Below are positions 63,014 to 64,000 of a stretch of 64,000 nucleotides of DNA, piece by piece. The stretch lies in assembly GCA_040954595.2 (NCBI GenBank), contig CM082588.2:1293935-1357934 (forward strand). Direction: 5' to 3'. The position numbers and the translations under genes were made by a program. Below the pieces are notes generated by a model that searched no databases, was not told the origin of the DNA, and saw only the letters and a program-made list of their open reading frames with translations. This DNA comes from Balanoglossus misakiensis. Taxonomy: Eukaryota; Animalia; Hemichordata. The first letter of the stretch is position 1. Every line of letters begins with the position of its first letter.

Positions 63014-64000
63014 AGGTATTTACCATTACTTGAATTTTATTATTTCTTTGATTTCCTCACAACCATGTCCAATCAGGAACATTTTGTGCTAATGAATCGA
63101 TTTCTCTTGAACGAAAAATCACAAGAATGGAAGGAATTTCTATTCCGGCGTTCAGCATGATATATTTTTTTTATAAAATCAACATGTTCTAAGTATCGGA
63201 TGGTGACAGATTCCAACTGGAGTGATTTGACTCTCATTAAAACAAGTTTAACGTTTATTTTGAACATTGTTTATATTAATAATGAGCATTGTTTGTATCA
63301 GTTATGTCTCCCAAGTTTATGATAACAAGTGTTGCAATACTGTGGACTAAACTGATGTGTGATTCAGAACTTAATCAAGATGCAAAGTGATCGAAAGAAT
63401 GACTTTGAAACTTGAAAACCGCCCTGCGGTATATTGCCAGGCAGTTGATTGTTCGCTAGCCCTTCAGAAGGTCATAGTTCATATAAATTCTTACGGTCTC
63501 ACTGTGACTTGTAAATGTTGCCACACTACTCTATACACTCCCATGTATATGTCCGTTCACCGAACATAAACCATGCACCCTTTTCAACACATGATACACA
63601 AACCCGACCACTGTTTTCTGATGTCTCCTGCACTTCTCTGGCCAAGCAGCCGACATGTAATACAGCTTCGGACTCCATCACCACTGCCACTGTGAGTGGA
63701 CAGCAGTTGACTATGTGCTAACAGATTTCAACCAGTGTTGATGGTTTGATAATTCTTAAGTGGAGAAACAGACGGTGACATATGGGACTATAGTTCACCC
63801 CGGCCTTAATGACTGATCCGGCATGCACGGTGGATATGGTATCCATGCTGGAATTTTAAAGTGTGCCCATCATTCCTGTTTGTATTCCCTTTATGGTTGG
63901 CTGGCTGTGTCTCCATCTGTCTGTATCTGTTTGTCTGTGTCTCGATTCACTCTATTTCTCGCTCTCTGTCTTTTTCTCTTTCTGTCTGTCAGATCTTTCT

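Noticed and set aside
55380-63880. Enrichment of TEAD sites (CATTCC/GGAATG) in the long intron
   Set aside because: About 7 seen against roughly 4 expected by chance; not convincing.
1-64000. Prokaryotic-type systems (CRISPR array, operon), tRNA or rRNA genes
   Set aside because: The DNA is intron-containing eukaryotic sequence, the tandem repeats lack unique spacers, and no structural RNA gene was recognised by eye.

Overview
Gene-dense animal genomic DNA: AT-rich, short spliceosomal introns, proteins close to their vertebrate orthologues, so probably an invertebrate deuterostome (the species cannot be read from the sequence). Genes, left to right: SCAF4/8 (-), MANEA (+), RARS2 (-), an unusual ~1,490-aa type-I membrane protein made of three tandem alpha2delta/CACHD1-like VWA-Cache modules (+), an orphan 70-aa signal-peptide ORF ending in QEEL (+), XPO4 (-, with one AT-AC U12 intron and one GC-AG intron), two tandem ACSF2-like acyl-CoA synthetases with intronless CDS plus a deleted third relic (-), GOPC (+), and the 5' part of HTATSF1 (+), which runs into a >9.8-kb intron. 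Several MITE families, microsatellites and minisatellites are also present. The strongest novelty candidates are the triplicated VWA-Cache receptor, the patchily diverged ACSF2-like duplicates and the small secretory-pathway ORF. Exon boundaries were read by eye and family assignments come from recalled motifs; no database search was run.
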